DNA of 64,000 bases from Carcharhinus longimanus (lineage: Eukaryota). A program made the position numbers and the translations under genes. Of the stretch, positions 13,436-27,198 are shown piece after piece. Numbering within the stretch: position 1 is the stretch's first letter; the number at the start of each line of letters is the position of its first letter. Where the stretch lies: contig JASCQW010000109.1 of assembly GCA_030264375.1 (NCBI GenBank), positions 30,413,004 to 30,477,003 of the forward strand, given 5' to 3'. The notes below the pieces were generated by a model. The model was not told the DNA's origin and made no database searches. It saw only the letters and a list, made by a program, of their open reading frames with translations.

Positions 13436-14459
13436 GACTTCATTTTCTTCACCACTTGAGAAGGCTCTGGGCAGGGTATCCAGCAAGTGTCTTGCCATTG
13501 CTGTGACCCTTCTCCAGGTTCCTTATTTAGAACCCATTAATTATATCTGACTGGCTCTCAGCAGGATCCTGAAACATAAATGAAGGTCACTACTTAGAGG
13601 GAGGAAAAAATGGCAAAGTTTTTGCAACAGAAGAAGCTTTAGGATTTGTTTTAAGCTGGGGCTGTCATTGAAGTGGTGACAGCTATGGGCTTGGGGTTGG
13701 GGTGTGGTATAGTGGTGAGTGGTGTGGTGGCACACTAGTTGAAACCACCATAGATTCAAGTCCTATTCCAGGACTTCAGTATAAAAATTGTCACTACTAT
13801 TTCAGTGCAATACAGCAGAAGTTGGGAGTTGGAAAATAGGGGATAAAAATTTCAAGCTACGCTGGCAAGCTGGAGTATTGTTGATGAGTTTTCCTCCTTT
13901 TAGATAACAGAGATCTACTTTTTTTTAATGGTAGTTTCATCATGAATAATAAAATCCAATGCTTTCAGCGCAATTCAAGGTTACATTGCATGCATTCACT
14001 TTCAAACATATGTTCCTTGGGAAATGTAAGGCACTGCTAGAGAAACAGTTGTTTTGAATCCACGTTTCTGCCTGAGGGAATTTAGATCTTTAAATAAGTG
14101 TTACAGGGACCTCCTGCAAGTCATCATGGGTGCAATCTTGTGCTGCTCCTGAGAGCAGGAAAAAAAGTGGGTGGGGGAATTAATTAAGCAGGTGACCAAA
14201 AATCAGCTTCCAGATGATGCAATTAATCTTTACAGTTCTGTTCAGGGGCATTTGAAGGTATGTCAGGCTTCCCAACCGCAAGCATTGGGAAAGTATATTT
14301 GCATACCGTGCATGCTGATTAAAAGGCCAGCTCACCAGAATTAAGTTCCCCTTCCCGGTTACTGGCAATACTTGCCTTCAAATTTAGAAAATTTAGAACT
14401 GCGTACAAGTGGCATGCAGCAGTTGAGGTAGTTAAACTGCTGGATTTGCAGTGAATAGC

Positions 14460-15080
14460 TACTGTTATCTTTCTCCCTGGGGAGCATTGTTCAACAAGGT
14501 AATGATCAGGTAGTGGCAGTCTAAGGAGTATGGAGCAGGGAGGCTAGCTAAAGGAGGAAGCGAGTCTGGGGTAAGGCTGGGGTTATGGAGAAAAGGGAAG
14601 GTGCAAGGACATGCAAGGGAGAGAAGGGACTTGCATTTGGTTTTGGAGGTCCTGTGAACAAGTGAAGGTGAGGTCTCCGACCAGGGATATTGGGACATAC
14701 ATTTCCTTAAAGGACAAGGCTGGTTCCATCTATACTGTTATCCTGGGGGTTAAGCTGAGGGTACTCAGCAATGGAGGGAACAATAGAGTGAGAGGAGGAC
14801 TGGGATACAGCAAGGTGGAAGGTCAGGATCATAGTTGGGTATTGTCTGTTTTCAAAGAGGAAGTGGTTCATGGAAACTGACAAAACAATTGGTGCAGCTA
14901 ATGGGAGATGGACATGGGGATGTGTGGTGAATTTCATAATTGCCCTTTTAAGGGCAACAAGGCAGAGTAAGAATCACTTGGATTGGGTGACCAATTGGGA
15001 TTCAGAGCGGTAATCACTACAGGGTGATCTTAGGCTGGAGGGATGTTGCAGATTTAGTGTAGCTGTGTAGTTGCTGCACT
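14460..15080 (-). mobile_element. Old L2-like LINE fragment
   Basis: Purine-rich decayed sequence resembling antisense L2 ORF2; no intact frame. Confidence 0.4.
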
Positions 15081-16621
15081 GGTGTACAATTCTTCTTACA
15101 AATTATTTTGTGTTTCTTATGAAGTCTGTGAAATTGTCTCAACACCCTTGGCAACGAGGATACAATTATGACACTGCCTCTGACCCAACATCTGCTAGTA
15201 TCCTATTTTAGTCAAAGTCTGAAAAATAGTACTTACTAGAAATATCACCAGACCCTGAATAATCTAGGATCAGGAAAGATGGACAGTTCCAAGCTGCATG
15301 GGAAATCGAGAGAACACGGCAAGACCCCTGGGTCAGAATCCTCAAGAAAGATGAGTGAAATGCAGGAACATACCTTCACCCACATTGTAGACTAGAGGAG
15401 GCTCAGTGTATTGGAGAAGCTGAAGGACAGATGCAGAACAAATCTGAATAAGCTGGTACGGTCAGAAGTTTAAAAATGTATAGAAAAATAATCAAGAGGA
15501 AGGTAACAGAGGGGAAAGGAATAGTTATATTGGATGGATAAAGGGTGAAACAGGGAAATTGATGTGTAATGGAATGTGCCTGGAATGTTACATGCACTAT
15601 AATCTCATGGCTCTTCTTCACATCATAGTTGCTCTGTACATGTGAATCCTTGAAGTGGGAGGACTTTGGTGGGGAAGAGTGGGGGGAGCAGAGTTAACTG
15701 TGAGCACAATTGACTGACTAAAGGGACACTCTAATAGTCATAAGTCAACTGCATAAGAACCATGCTCAGGTGTGTTTTCCTTTCTATGGAATAGCCCATA
15801 TTGCCCATATTGCAGCAGGATTGTTCCTTGACTCGTAGGCTTCATAACATCAAGATTCCAACAATGTCAGGAGCTGCAGTAAAGTCTGTGCTGAAGGGTT
15901 ACATCGGCTGCCCAAAGCAGGGGTGAGACAAATGGAGGGAATGAGGAAGGGAAGTAAGGGAATAGGGGGTTGATGAAAAAATGGCAATGTAGAACATCTC
16001 AGGTCCATTGTTGCAGTATCTATGCACTTGAGTGTATGAATGAAAGGAAAGCTCATCTATTATCCTTCATGATGGGCCTTTTCATGGTGGGATTGGGGGA
16101 GGCCAAGTAATGGACAACCCACTTTAGCTTCAAGGAATATACTGACTAGATGTATTGTTGCAATGTGTTTACAGATCACCTCAGGCATACATGATGCTGG
16201 CTCCTGCTAATCATGCACCTCTACTGGCTATGGTTTAGCTAAAACAGAAGTGGTAGAAATGTCAACAAATTAACCGGCCCTGCCACAAGTTTCACCATGT
16301 TCATTGTGTAGACATGTTTATTGAGCTGAACAGTGCAGGATTGCATGTGGCCAATCATCCCGTTGCAAGCAGAAATCACTCTGACCGCCACACCCAATTT
16401 ATACTCCAGACCATAAGATTCTGCTCATGTTTCAGCACCGTTGCAATGGTTTTTATGAATAATAAATGTGGCATGTTCAATGGTTTGTATTATCTGTGTT
16501 TAATTATGTTAACCTAGTAATTGATCTTTGGACATTTGCTTGAATGCTTAAACAAGTGAGTAGAGCTGGAGAATGACACCACTGAATGTTGTGAAAAGGA
16601 ATTTGGATCATGTGGAGACCA

Positions 16622-16713
16622 TGGCCAGGATTTTACGATCCTTCCGTCATTTGTTGTTTTGCTGGTTCGCCAAATTTTCCGTCCTGCACGAGTGGGTCCA
16701 GAAAATCCTGACC
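16622..16713. mobile_element. Short MITE-like element
   Basis: TIRs GGCCAGGATTTT...AAAATCCTGACC, ~90 bp. Confidence 0.5.
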
Positions 16714-17949
16714 CAACTTATAAGAAACCCTATCAGTTCTGAGATGTTTTGAATTTCTACAAATGAACTGTCAGGTTTAGAACTAGAATCATCATTGCAT
16801 TGCTCAGAGATAAGTAAGACATAAAGTAAACCAATACAAACATAACAATATGTATTTTATAGTGGGAGAACAATATCATGTGACCATAATATTAAATAGC
16901 TGTGAGCATTTATTGTGATGTCAGTATTTTTTTGGGAGCTACCATGCTTTGACATGTTAACTTTACCAAGATGTGTTTGAAATGCTGTAAAGATATAAGT
17001 TAAACTGTGCATTTGCTAGTGGCATAAAAACAATATAGTATTCTAAAAAGGACACCAAATCATTAAGTCATCATAATGGCCTTCACTTCATGGCTCAAGT
17101 TGTCACTTGACAATAGAAAATATGATGTAATGTCCTGTTGTGATGTGGTATGATAAACAGTTATGTGGCCTGGCAATGCACCTTAATGATACATTAGTGT
17201 TCTCTGTTAATTTACTTTGGTCTAACTGATTTCCTTAACTGAAGAGTGTTTTGTTTTTCTCAGTAGGACTCCTTGGGCAAAAAAGTCTTGCGTCTCTGAC
17301 TCCAGACAGCTCCTCGGTGAAATTGTCTGATGATTGAGTTGTTCTGTGAGTTCCCAGGAGTGAGCTGTGTATCCAGCAGTGATGACAGATTGTCTCCAGA
17401 ACAGAACTGTCAGGATTCAGTTGTGTGAAAATGTCTGGGAGAAAGTTATGGAAAGAGTGATAGTTTTCAGTTAAAATTCAACAACTCCACACAGGGCTGC
17501 AGAACAACACAAATTTGAGGAACGGCAAATTAAGGATAGACGCAACTTGGGACTTAACAGAAAATTTTACTCTGCTGTGAAGCTGGGAAAGTCGTGCATA
17601 TTTGCTGCAGTAAATTCAAAGGTGTTGTTGGGCTTCAAGCAATAAATGATTTATTAACAACAAAATATATTTATACAAATAAGGCTCTGACAGAACTGCA
17701 GAAATGTCAATCTTCTCCTTCCTGGCTCCAACTGACATTCCTTCCTGCCCCAGGAGGTACACCCTTGCTGCCAATTGGCTTGGCTTTTCCAGAGGGTCCG
17801 GCATGATCATATGGCCCTCAAGGACTGTTAAAAGGGCCACGTTATCAGACTTGCAAAGTGGTGACTTTTCAAAACTAACACAAATAGATGGGGCATTGTA
17901 ATTAAAAGATTGGGAGAAAAGATGGGTTCTAAGGGGGAGAGAAAGGTAG

Positions 17950-18440
17950 CAGTGTGTATCGGGTCTTAGATGGGATTTCCAGAGAGCACGTTGCAGACAT
18001 CTAAAATGACTTGGGTTGATGGAAGGTGGGATGCCAGATTTGGTAGATTGAAAGATATAAACAGCACCTAAATTAAAGGTGGAGCATCTGCAGTGGCCAC
18101 CAGAGAGATGAGTTACAACTTGCTGGATTCATAAGGTTCATAATTAGCTAGCTTCCATATGGAGCCAATTAGCTTCATATAGTCAGGCTGATGAGTTGGG
18201 CATGGGTGGGGTGGCTTGGGAGGATGTGAAGTGGTGGGGTGCACTGTGGTGATAGGGGAGTTGTTCCCAGTGATAAGAAAAGGATGGCAGTGAAATCCCT
18301 TCCTGGCCCTGAAAAAATTCTTCTTAACAATTTGCTTTTTCTTGAGCAGTCTGCAGGAGTCTGATGAGGATGCTAGGAGAAAGCAAGGAAGCATCAAGGT
18401 AGCCAAGTGGATAGATTCAATCAATGTAACAAAGAAGTTC
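17950..18440 (-). mobile_element. Possible highly decayed Harbinger transposase remnant
   Basis: In order on the minus strand: LIESIHL (cf. AIDCTHV), FFRARKGFHC (cf. NRKGFHS), HFRCL (cf. RFRCL). Confidence 0.35.
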
Positions 18441-18469
18441 ATGAACTCATTGCACTTTTAAAATTCGCT

Positions 18470-20870
18470 CTTGGTTTTTGGGCATTGCTGGCAAGGCCAA
18501 CATTTATTATCCATCCCTAATTTCCCTGCAAGAGGCTGTGGTGAGTTGCTATAGTTCATGTGATATAGGTACATTCATGTTAGAGAGAGAATTCCAGCAT
18601 CTTGATTCAGCAACAATAAAGGAGCAGTGATAAATTTCCAATTTGGGAAGGCATGTCACTTGGTGGAGAATATGCAGATGGTGGGGTTTGTATGTCGCTG
18701 CTACCCTTGTTTATAGAATCCTAACAGTGCAGAAGGAGACCATGCAGCCCATTGAGTCTGCATCGATTCTCTGACAGAGTATCTTACCCAGGCCCTATCC
18801 CATTACCTCACACATTTACCATGGTCAGTCCACCTAACCTGCACTTGGGGAGGTTACCTAGCACTAACCTGCTAATCCCTCTAACCCACACATTTTGGGG
18901 CAATAAGGCGCAATTAAGCATGGCTAATCCACCCAGCCTGCGCATCTAAAATTTTAAATTTATTTATTCGCATCCTAAGTAGGCTTATGTTAACATTACA
19001 ATGAAGTTACTGTGAAAATCCCCTTTGGATTGTGGGAGAAATCCAAAGCACCTGGAGGAAATTCACGCTGACACATGTAAACTCCACACAGTCACCCAAG
19101 GCCAGAATTGAACCTGGGTTCTTGGTGTTATGAGGCAACAGCACTAACTGCTCTGCCACTATGCTGCCCATTTGGGTGGTAGGTTCTTTGTGGTAGTGGT
19201 TGCAGGTTTGTCAAAGGAGTCTTAGCTAATTGCCGTAGTGCATCTTGAAGATGGTACACATGGCAGCCAAGCAGTACCAAATGGTGGAATGAGTGAATGT
19301 TTACGGTGATAAATGGGGTGCTGATCAAGCAGGCTGCTTTATCCTGGATGGTGTCATGTTTCGTCAGTGTTATTAGAGCAGTATGCATCCAGGCAAATAG
19401 AGGGGAGGAAATCCTGGCCAGATGTCAATCAAGTCCTTTAGGGCCAGTTAAAGGACTCATCCTGCCACTGCTCGTCTTCAACCAGCAGCAGATGAGGTCC
19501 AAGCCATGTGGGCATGCTTTTGATCTGGTGCTGGAGTCCCTCTTTGTTGGGCAGTCTGAGTCCAGTGAAGGGTGCTGCCATGGCAAGAGCTGCCCCTATG
19601 GAAAGATGTCCTCCTGCCCTTTACACTAATGACCCTCCTCCACCATTCACCATGACATGCTTGACTGACCTTAGAGCTCCTGCCCCTTTCACCTAAATTC
19701 TGCAGCTCCAGCAATGATCCTCAACCTCAGGCCTATTGCAGTACCAACAGTGGCCACTACTCCCAGTAGTGCTGCTGCTACTGGAGAGCTGCAGGCCTGT
19801 CACTGGCTGCCTGCTCTCAGAGGCAGGAAATTTACCCTACAGGACCCGGGAATTCCAATGAGAGCAGAGTGATTGATTGGGATTGATTCTGGATCTGACT
19901 GGAATGGGTCTGCAGCAGGCGGATCAACTCATCATTAAATTCCACCCTCCTCTTGTTGTCACAGTTATTAAGGCAAATTTCTCCTCATTCATGGTCCCCA
20001 TGATGTTAATAGTTGGGAGTTCACCAACGCTATTACCTTTAAATACCAAACCAAAGTGATGAGATTCTCTCTTGTTGGAGCTCGTCATTGCCTATCACTT
20101 GTGTCATCCAAATGTTATTTGTCACTTAGCAGCCAAAACTTGAATGTTGTCCAGATGTTGCATGTGGATACAGTCTACTTCAGTGAATGGTACTGAAGAC
20201 TGCAATTACCATCCCCACATTCTGACCTAATTATGCAGGGAAGGTTGTTTGATGAAACAGCAGAAAATGTTGGATTTGAGACAGTACCCTGAAGAACTCC
20301 TGCAGCAGCAGTACTATCCTGGGGCTGTGATGCATAACCTCCAACAACCACTCTTCATGCTAGGTGTGACACCAGCCAGGGTCTCTCCTCGCAAAGCTTC
20401 TGTTTTCTACATCATCAGTCGGCTACCAATATTGCAGCTGTATTGGAACAGCTTGGCTGGGGGCATGGCTAATTTCTGGAGCAGAAGTCTTCTGAACTAT
20501 AGTCAGGGCCCAAAATCTTGGCTGTATCCACTGTGTTCAGCCACTTCTTGATATCACATGGAGTGAATTGAATTTGCCAAAGATTGCCTTTTACCATGGT
20601 GTTGATCTCAGCTGGAAGCCAAAATGGATTATCCACTTGGAATTCCTGGCTTAAGGTGGTTGTATTTGCTACTGTCTTGTCTTTGGCAGTCAGGAACCGA
20701 GCGCTGCCATCATTGAGAATGGGAGTGTTCGTGGAGCCAATTACACCCATTAGTTGTTAATTGTACACTATTCATAACAGAACATGGCAGGACTGCAGAA
20801 CATCGATCTGTTCCATTGGTTGTGGGATCAATTAATTCTTTCTATACCATGCTGCTTTGCTGCTCGGCAT
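18470..20870 (-). mobile_element. Fragments of an old CR1/L2-group LINE interrupted by composite SINEs (18712-19170) and a DNA-element fragment
   Basis: Antisense DTIQDKAACLI and IKKWL..VDTAK..GPD motifs; same family seen in sense orientation at 25620-26230. Confidence 0.6.
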
Positions 20871-21349
20871 TTAAGTAAGCTTTTAAGTTTATTTATTAGT
20901 CACGAGTAGCCTTACATTAACACTGCAATGAAGATACTATGAAAATCCCCTAGTCGCCACACTCTGGTGTCTGTTCAGGTACACTGAGGGAGAATTTAGC
21001 CAACGCACCTAACCAGCATGTCTTAATATATGAATGATGAGGCATTTTCTATAACTCGTTATCAAATATTCACTGAGTATTTCGCCAATTCATGATTGGT
21101 GAACAAGCCAAATTCAATCCTGTGGCCCATTGAGATGAAGGAGGGCCACTCACTAGCCAAGGTTGCCCATGGCTGCTTTAAAGAATAAGGTCATAAAGAA
21201 TATATGCTCTCACTGCTACAATTGTCTATCTCTACCGATCTGACAGAGCACATAAAGGGGCTATTTGACCTTTCTTGTCCATGCCAATCCAAAAGACACC
21301 CAGGTACCCTCTCTAATCCCATCTTCCTGCACATAGCCCTCCAATTTAT

Positions 21350-21647
21350 CATTGGCCAATCCACCTAACCCACACATCTGTGGGAGGAAACAGGAGCGCC
21401 CGGAGGAAACCCATGCAGACACAGGGAGAACGTGCAGACACCAGACAGACAGTGACCCAAGCCCGGAATTGAACCCTGATGCTGTGAGGCAGCAAAGTTA
21501 ACCACTGTGCCGTCATGCCACCCCAGATTTTTTGGATTGAGTTTAAATTCCACCATCTGCTGTGGCGGGATTCAAACCCAGATCCCGGATTACTTGAGTT
21601 CATGGATTAAGAATCTAGCGATAATACCACTAGGCAATCGCCTCCCC
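21350..21647 (-). mobile_element. Two adjacent SINE heads: HE1-type (21350-21522) and DeuSINE/SacSINE-like tRNA head (21533-21647)
   Basis: Minus-strand GGGAGGCGATTGCCTAGTGGTATTATCGCTAGA...GGGTTTGAATCCCGCCACAGCAGATGGTGGAATTTAAACTCAAT; separate GGCACAGTGGTTAA head. Confidence 0.65.
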
Positions 21648-21674
21648 TGTTTGAAAGACAGTTGATATTGGGTA

Positions 21675-21972
21675 CATCAACCCAATCCTTCAAGCAAACC
21701 GGCCTCCAATTCATTGACTCTGTCTAGACTTCCCGCTGCCTCGGCAAAGCAGCCAGCACAATTAAGGACCCCACGCACCACGGACATTCTCTCTTCCACT
21801 TTCTCCCATCAGGAAAAAGATACAAAAATCTGAGGTCATGTACTAACTGACTCAAGAACAGCTTCTTCCCTGCTGCCATCAGGCTTTTGAATGGACATAC
21901 CTTGCATTAAGTTGATCTTTCTCTACACCCTAGCTCTGACTGTAACACTATGTTCTGCACTCTCCTTTCTTT
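21675..21972 (+). mobile_element. Rex1/Babar-type LINE 3' fragment
   Basis: Closely similar to 1545-1835. Confidence 0.75.
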
Positions 21973-22146
21973 CATAAGAACATAAGAAATAGGAGCAGGA
22001 GTAGGCCATCTAGCCCCTCGAGCCTGCCCCGCCATTCAATAAGATCNNNNNNNNNNNNNNNNNNNNNNNNNNNNNNNNNNNNNNNNNNNNNNNNNNNNNN
22101 NNNNNNNNNNNNNNNNNNNNNNNNNNNNNNNNNNNNNNNNNNNNNN

Positions 22147-22360
22147 TCCCCTAGTCGCCACACTCTGGTGTCTGTTCAGGTACACTGAGGGAGAATTTAG
22201 CATGGCCAATGCACCTAAGCAGCATGTTTTTTGAACTGTGGGAGGAAACCAGAGCACCCGGAGGAAACCCATGTGGACAGGGGAGAACATGCAGTCTCCA
22301 CACAGGCATTGAACATGGGTCCCTGGCACTGTGAGGCAGCAGTGCTAACCATCGTGGCAT
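22147..22360 (-). mobile_element. tRNA-SINE, alternative (non-CR1) tail subtype
   Basis: Same head as HE1-type, tail CTAAATTCTCCCTCAGTGTACCTGAACAGACACCAGAGTGTGGCGACTAGGGG. Confidence 0.8.
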
Positions 22361-24174
22361 CAGACCACACTCAGAGCTCTGTGTTGTGGCCACAGCAGGT
22401 TGGTGCTTCATTTTTTAGCTGTGCCTGATGTTGCTCTTGGCAAACTCTCCTATAACCCACAGCAAACCTGAGTTGAAACTTTTGCAGACTTTGGATAAAA
22501 TGGCAGAGTGAGGGAAATGCTGGGTGATGGGACCGCAGCTTATGATGCTAAATTAATCAGCTGTTGCTGATGGTAATCAACAGGAGGTTTCCTTGTCCAT
22601 GTTTGACTTGATGCAATGAGACTCCGTGGTGCCCTGAGTCAATGTTGAGGATACCTAAAGCCACTGCCTCGTGTCCAGGTACCATTGTGCTGCCACCTCT
22701 GCTGGGTCTGTCAGGAGACACTGAGGAAATGCTGATGGAGGAGTCTGAAATATTGGCTGGTGATCTGATTCAGTTAATATGACCATTGCTTGGTTAGACC
22801 ATGTGAAAGCTCTCTCAGTTTTGGCACAAATCCCCAGATGTTCAAGAGGAGGACTTTGTAGGATTGATTGGGTTGGGTGTGGTTCTTGTCATGTCCAGTT
22901 TCTAGGCTGAAGTGAGGTGATTCTGTCTGTTTTGCATTAAAACTTTCAGTAGCTGTTCAGCACAACTGGATGGCTTGTTGGATCACGACAGAGCAGTTAA
23001 GAGTCAGCTGCATTGCCGTGGGTTTGTAGTCACATGTAGGCCAGACCTGATAAGGAAATTGTTTGAGATGTACAGAATTATGAGGGACCTGGATTGAGTG
23101 AATAGGAAGGACCTATTGACTGATATCAATAACTAAGATTGGTAGATTTAAAGCAATTGACAAAGGATGAGAAGGAGAGAGAATTTTTCTCAGTCAAATA
23201 GTATGTTTATGGAATTCACTCCCTGAGAGGATGGTAGAGGCAAAAAATCCACATAGCATTTAAAAAATACTTAGATATGCACTTGAAATGCTGTAAGTGT
23301 AGTGCTATGAATCAAAGAATGAAAAGAACCAAAACTGTCAAATACTGCAACATTATAACAAGAATACAGGAAGTGGTGAAAGGATTTGTACCAATAAATT
23401 ACTGTGCCTTACAAGAACAAAAGTTTGCAGATCAAAGAATTAATTAAATATTATTTATCAGCCACATGATTCATACCTAGGCAAAATGTCACTTGTATTT
23501 GAAGCAAGGTGGAGAATGCATAGATCACACAGGAAAGCAGTTAGAATACTAAAGGTAATCAACTGATAATAACTTATAAAACATCAACATAAGTACATCT
23601 CCCAGTGAAGAATCTGAAAACAGATTTTACAGTTCATGTGTGTCCCATTTCCCAAAGCTATCAATAGAAGTATACTGTTACGTGAGCATCACTGTGATTA
23701 TTTTTTCGTACTTCTATGAAATATCCGTTTTTTTGTCTGCTACATATTTCTGCAATTTGAAAAATATAGCTGAAAAACAAGTTTCAGGCCACTTCAAATT
23801 CAAAGTAAGCTCACTTGTGCCATCTGCTGCTCGCTCCTAAAAAGTTAGTTTAATTTGATGCTGAAAAAATGTTTTGGTGGGTAGAGAAAAGTACTTTCCA
23901 TTTAGGGTATTAAGATATTAAAATATTTTACCTCCACTTTTTCTCTATTTTCTGTCCTCTGATCTACACATATTACCTGCATTCAATGGGTATCTTATCC
24001 CTCAAGCCTCTGCTTATGGCACCCTAATGAGATTTCTGAACAAAGAGCTACTTCCCACAGAATGCTCAGCTTAAATTGACATCTCCCCACAACACTGAAT
24101 AAGAAAACTGATACATCCATCAAGGCATTGCCCTGAAGACTGAGTCACTAAATGCTTCTTATTTATTTTGTTTA

Positions 24175-24540
24175 ACTGAAACAAGTGTGGTATGTGTGCA
24201 TTTTTTTTCTGTGAATGAAGATCAAAGGAAATGATAATCATTAATACACAGAGCCGTATTCATCCTCAAGGTAATGCCTTGCCAATCAGGGTCAAGCTGC
24301 CTGGTTTAAATTTTGAACAGGTCTTTGCAGTTAACTGTCAGCCACCATCAACTGGTGCATTCTGCATAAAAATGCTTGTACCAATCAGGGTCCTCTTATC
24401 AACCAGCACTCTCTTCTTATACAGTGCAAATTGTTGTTTTCCCCTTCTATTTATATTCTTATGACATGTCCTGATGACCGCAAGATGTAAAGTTTCAAGG
24501 TTACCTCATTTTAATCAACTTCTGTGCGACCAAAAACTAT
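24175..24540 (+). mobile_element. Penelope-like element terminal repeat with degenerate hammerhead core
   Basis: Repeated CCAATCAG motifs, then GTCCTGATGACCGCAAGATGTAAAG (CTGATGA at 24471). Family assignment from recognition of the layout only. Confidence 0.5.
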
Positions 24541-25039
24541 TCTTATGAGTAGAAAACAGACTATCCTGTTTGTCAATTTTTTTGATAAAACTATCTAGGG
24601 TAGAAGGTCACTGCTGGAGATGCTGTTCATACATGTTAGAAATTACTCGTTACTTCTTTGAAAGGTCACATAGAATCAAATGAACTGAATTACATTAAGA
24701 TACATATTTTTCCAATTTTCCATTTCCTTTCAAGGAACATTAGAAATTCACTTTGGTGCTCAGTCCAGTTACACTTTCAAACAAGACATGCCATCTCTTT
24801 CAATTAAGGAAAATATTTTAGAGCATGACACTTTTTGTGGAAAAATTTGGATGTTCAGCACCCATTGTTATGAGTGCCCTTAAAGGTTCAAAACGACATC
24901 AACAGTGCATGCACATATTTGTCANNNNNNNNNNCGAGTCAACCTGGATGCCATGTTGGTGAGAGAGTTAGCATGTGCAGAGAGAGACCATTCACTGGAA
25001 GTATGCAATGTAGATAGATTATGATGTCAATCAACATGT

Positions 25040-26235
25040 AATGCTGGTTTGGCGCCAACAGAGTTTAGCAGTCGGAAGGATCATCCCAAGCTTGAGCTGA
25101 TAAGTGGCAAGTAAGTAACGTTTGCGCCGCACAAGTCCGAAGTGATGACCATCTCCAGTAAGAGAAAATCTGGCCAATTTGCCTTGAAATTCAATGGGAT
25201 TACTATCACTGATTCCCACATCATCAACATCCTGGGGCTTACCAGAAATTGGATTGACGTAGCCATATAAATACCGTGGCTATCATAGAATCATAGAATT
25301 ATAAATCACTACAGTACAGAATGAAGCCATTCGGCCCATTGAATCTGAACCAACCACAATCACACACAGGTCCTATTGCCATAACCCTACACATTTACCC
25401 TGCTAATCCCCCTGACATTAGGGTCAATTTACCATGGGCAATCAACCTAACCTGCACATCTTTGGATTGTGGGAGGAAATCAGAGCACCCAGAGGAAATC
25501 CACGCAGACATGGGGAGAAAGTTCAATCTCCAGAAAGAGAGTGGCCCGAGGCCAGAATTGAACTAGGGTCCCTGGTGCTGTGAGGCAGCAGTGCGAACCA
25601 CTGTGCCACCATGCCACCCATACCAGACCAGGTCAGAAGCTAAGAATCCTGCAGCAGGTAACTTGTTTCCTGATTCCTCAAAGCCTGTACATCACCTACA
25701 AGCCTCAAGAGTGTGATGGAATTGTCTCCACTTGCTTGAATATTCTCAATTGTCCCAGATGAGTGCAACTCCAATAACACTCAACATCATCCAGGAAAAA
25801 GCAGTCCCCCTGCGTGGGATGCCAACCACCAGATTAAACATTCACTCCCTCCACGAAATAAGCATAGTTGCAGCAATGTGTACCATCCAGAAGATACTCT
25901 ATAGGAACTTACCAAGGCTTCTTTGCCCACATGCGTACTACAAGCATCTTCCAAACTCATGACCTCCATCATCTAGGAGGATGAGGCAGCAGATGCTTGG
26001 GAGCAGCAAGTTCCCTCTCCCCGCCCCAACCGAACCATTCACCATCCTGACTTGGAAAATATCACTGCAGTTTCACTGCCACTGGGGCAAATTCTGGAAC
26101 TCCCTCCCTAACAGTACTGTGGGTGGACCTACTCCACATGGACTGCAGTGAATGTGTCTCACCACCACCTTTTCAAAGACAATTGGGAATAGATACCAAA
26201 CGCTTGCAACACCCACATCCCAGGAAAGAATAAAA
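25040..26235 (+). mobile_element. Old CR1/L2-group LINE 3' part with an antisense HE1 SINE inserted at 25283-25620
   Basis: LINE text ...TAAATACCGTGGCTA resumes as CCAGACCAGGTCAGAAGCTAAGAATCCTG after a full SINE. Confidence 0.7.
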
Positions 26236-26532
26236 TGAAACCCATCAGCACTGTTTAAAGGAGTCATCAATTTCCTATAAGTAGTTGCTGATTGATTCCG
26301 ACTGCTAGTCACTGTGATTGTACAAATATTAACTGCATTCTACAGAAAGTGGTGAGACAGGGGCTGTAGGACTTTATCTTGACTTCAAGGCTTCCACACA
26401 AACAAGTTGCTTCCAGGCTTGGGAGCAGTTGCAAACATCCCCCTTGAAGTATAGCCTGACATGGAGAATGATTAGAGGACACACACAGTAAGACAGTGGC
26501 GAGAAGAGACAGGACGCCAGAGAAATACTTTC

Positions 26533-27020
26533 AGCAGGAGGTCATATTCCTCCAGGCTATTCAGGGAGCAAGTTTTCTACCTGAATGTTCGTAAAGAACA
26601 TTGTGTGAGAAGGCTGTGCTTCAGCAATGATGGCCCCACTGAAATCTGCCACCTGTTACAACCACATCCACAATCACACTGCAGGGTGAGGACCTCATTG
26701 TCATTGGCTTTGGGAGTGACTGTGGCCATGAGCAATTTGTGTACCTATTCCTTCCAGGTTTGAAGCTGGGAGTTATTTGCAACATCTTGCAGTTTACTGT
26801 TGTGTTACATTAGTCACTCACTGATGCTCACAATGCTAAGAAAACTAATTGGCTATCATTCTGTCTTGCCAGAGAGCAACAGGCAGAGTAAGCATCTGAC
26901 TTCAAGGAGACTGCAGACTTTACCATGTCGGGTGCAATCGACTGCATGTTCGTCACTTTGAGAACATTGCATATCAACTTTGAGATAAACTGCAACTGAA
27001 AAGGTTTCCACTCCATAAAA
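26533..27020 (+). mobile_element. PIF/Harbinger (HARBI1-like) transposase fossil
   Basis: RRSYSSRLFREQVFYLN..EHCVRRLCFS...EICHLLQP...LSLALGVTVAM...SFQ, then GAIDCMFVTL...N*KGFHSI (first catalytic Asp region); stops present. Confidence 0.8.
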
Positions 27021-27198
27021 TCTGGTATGTGCTGAGAATTGTTCTCATCAATGAACTGAAGAGCATGAACCCAGAGCTGTAAAAATATAAAAACCTCTAA
27101 ACCACACACAGAGATGAGCTCTACAGACACTAAAGGTTAACTGTAATAGAGGGGTGAGTTAACTGTAACTCTGGCTCATCATGAGATGGAGAAAGCCA

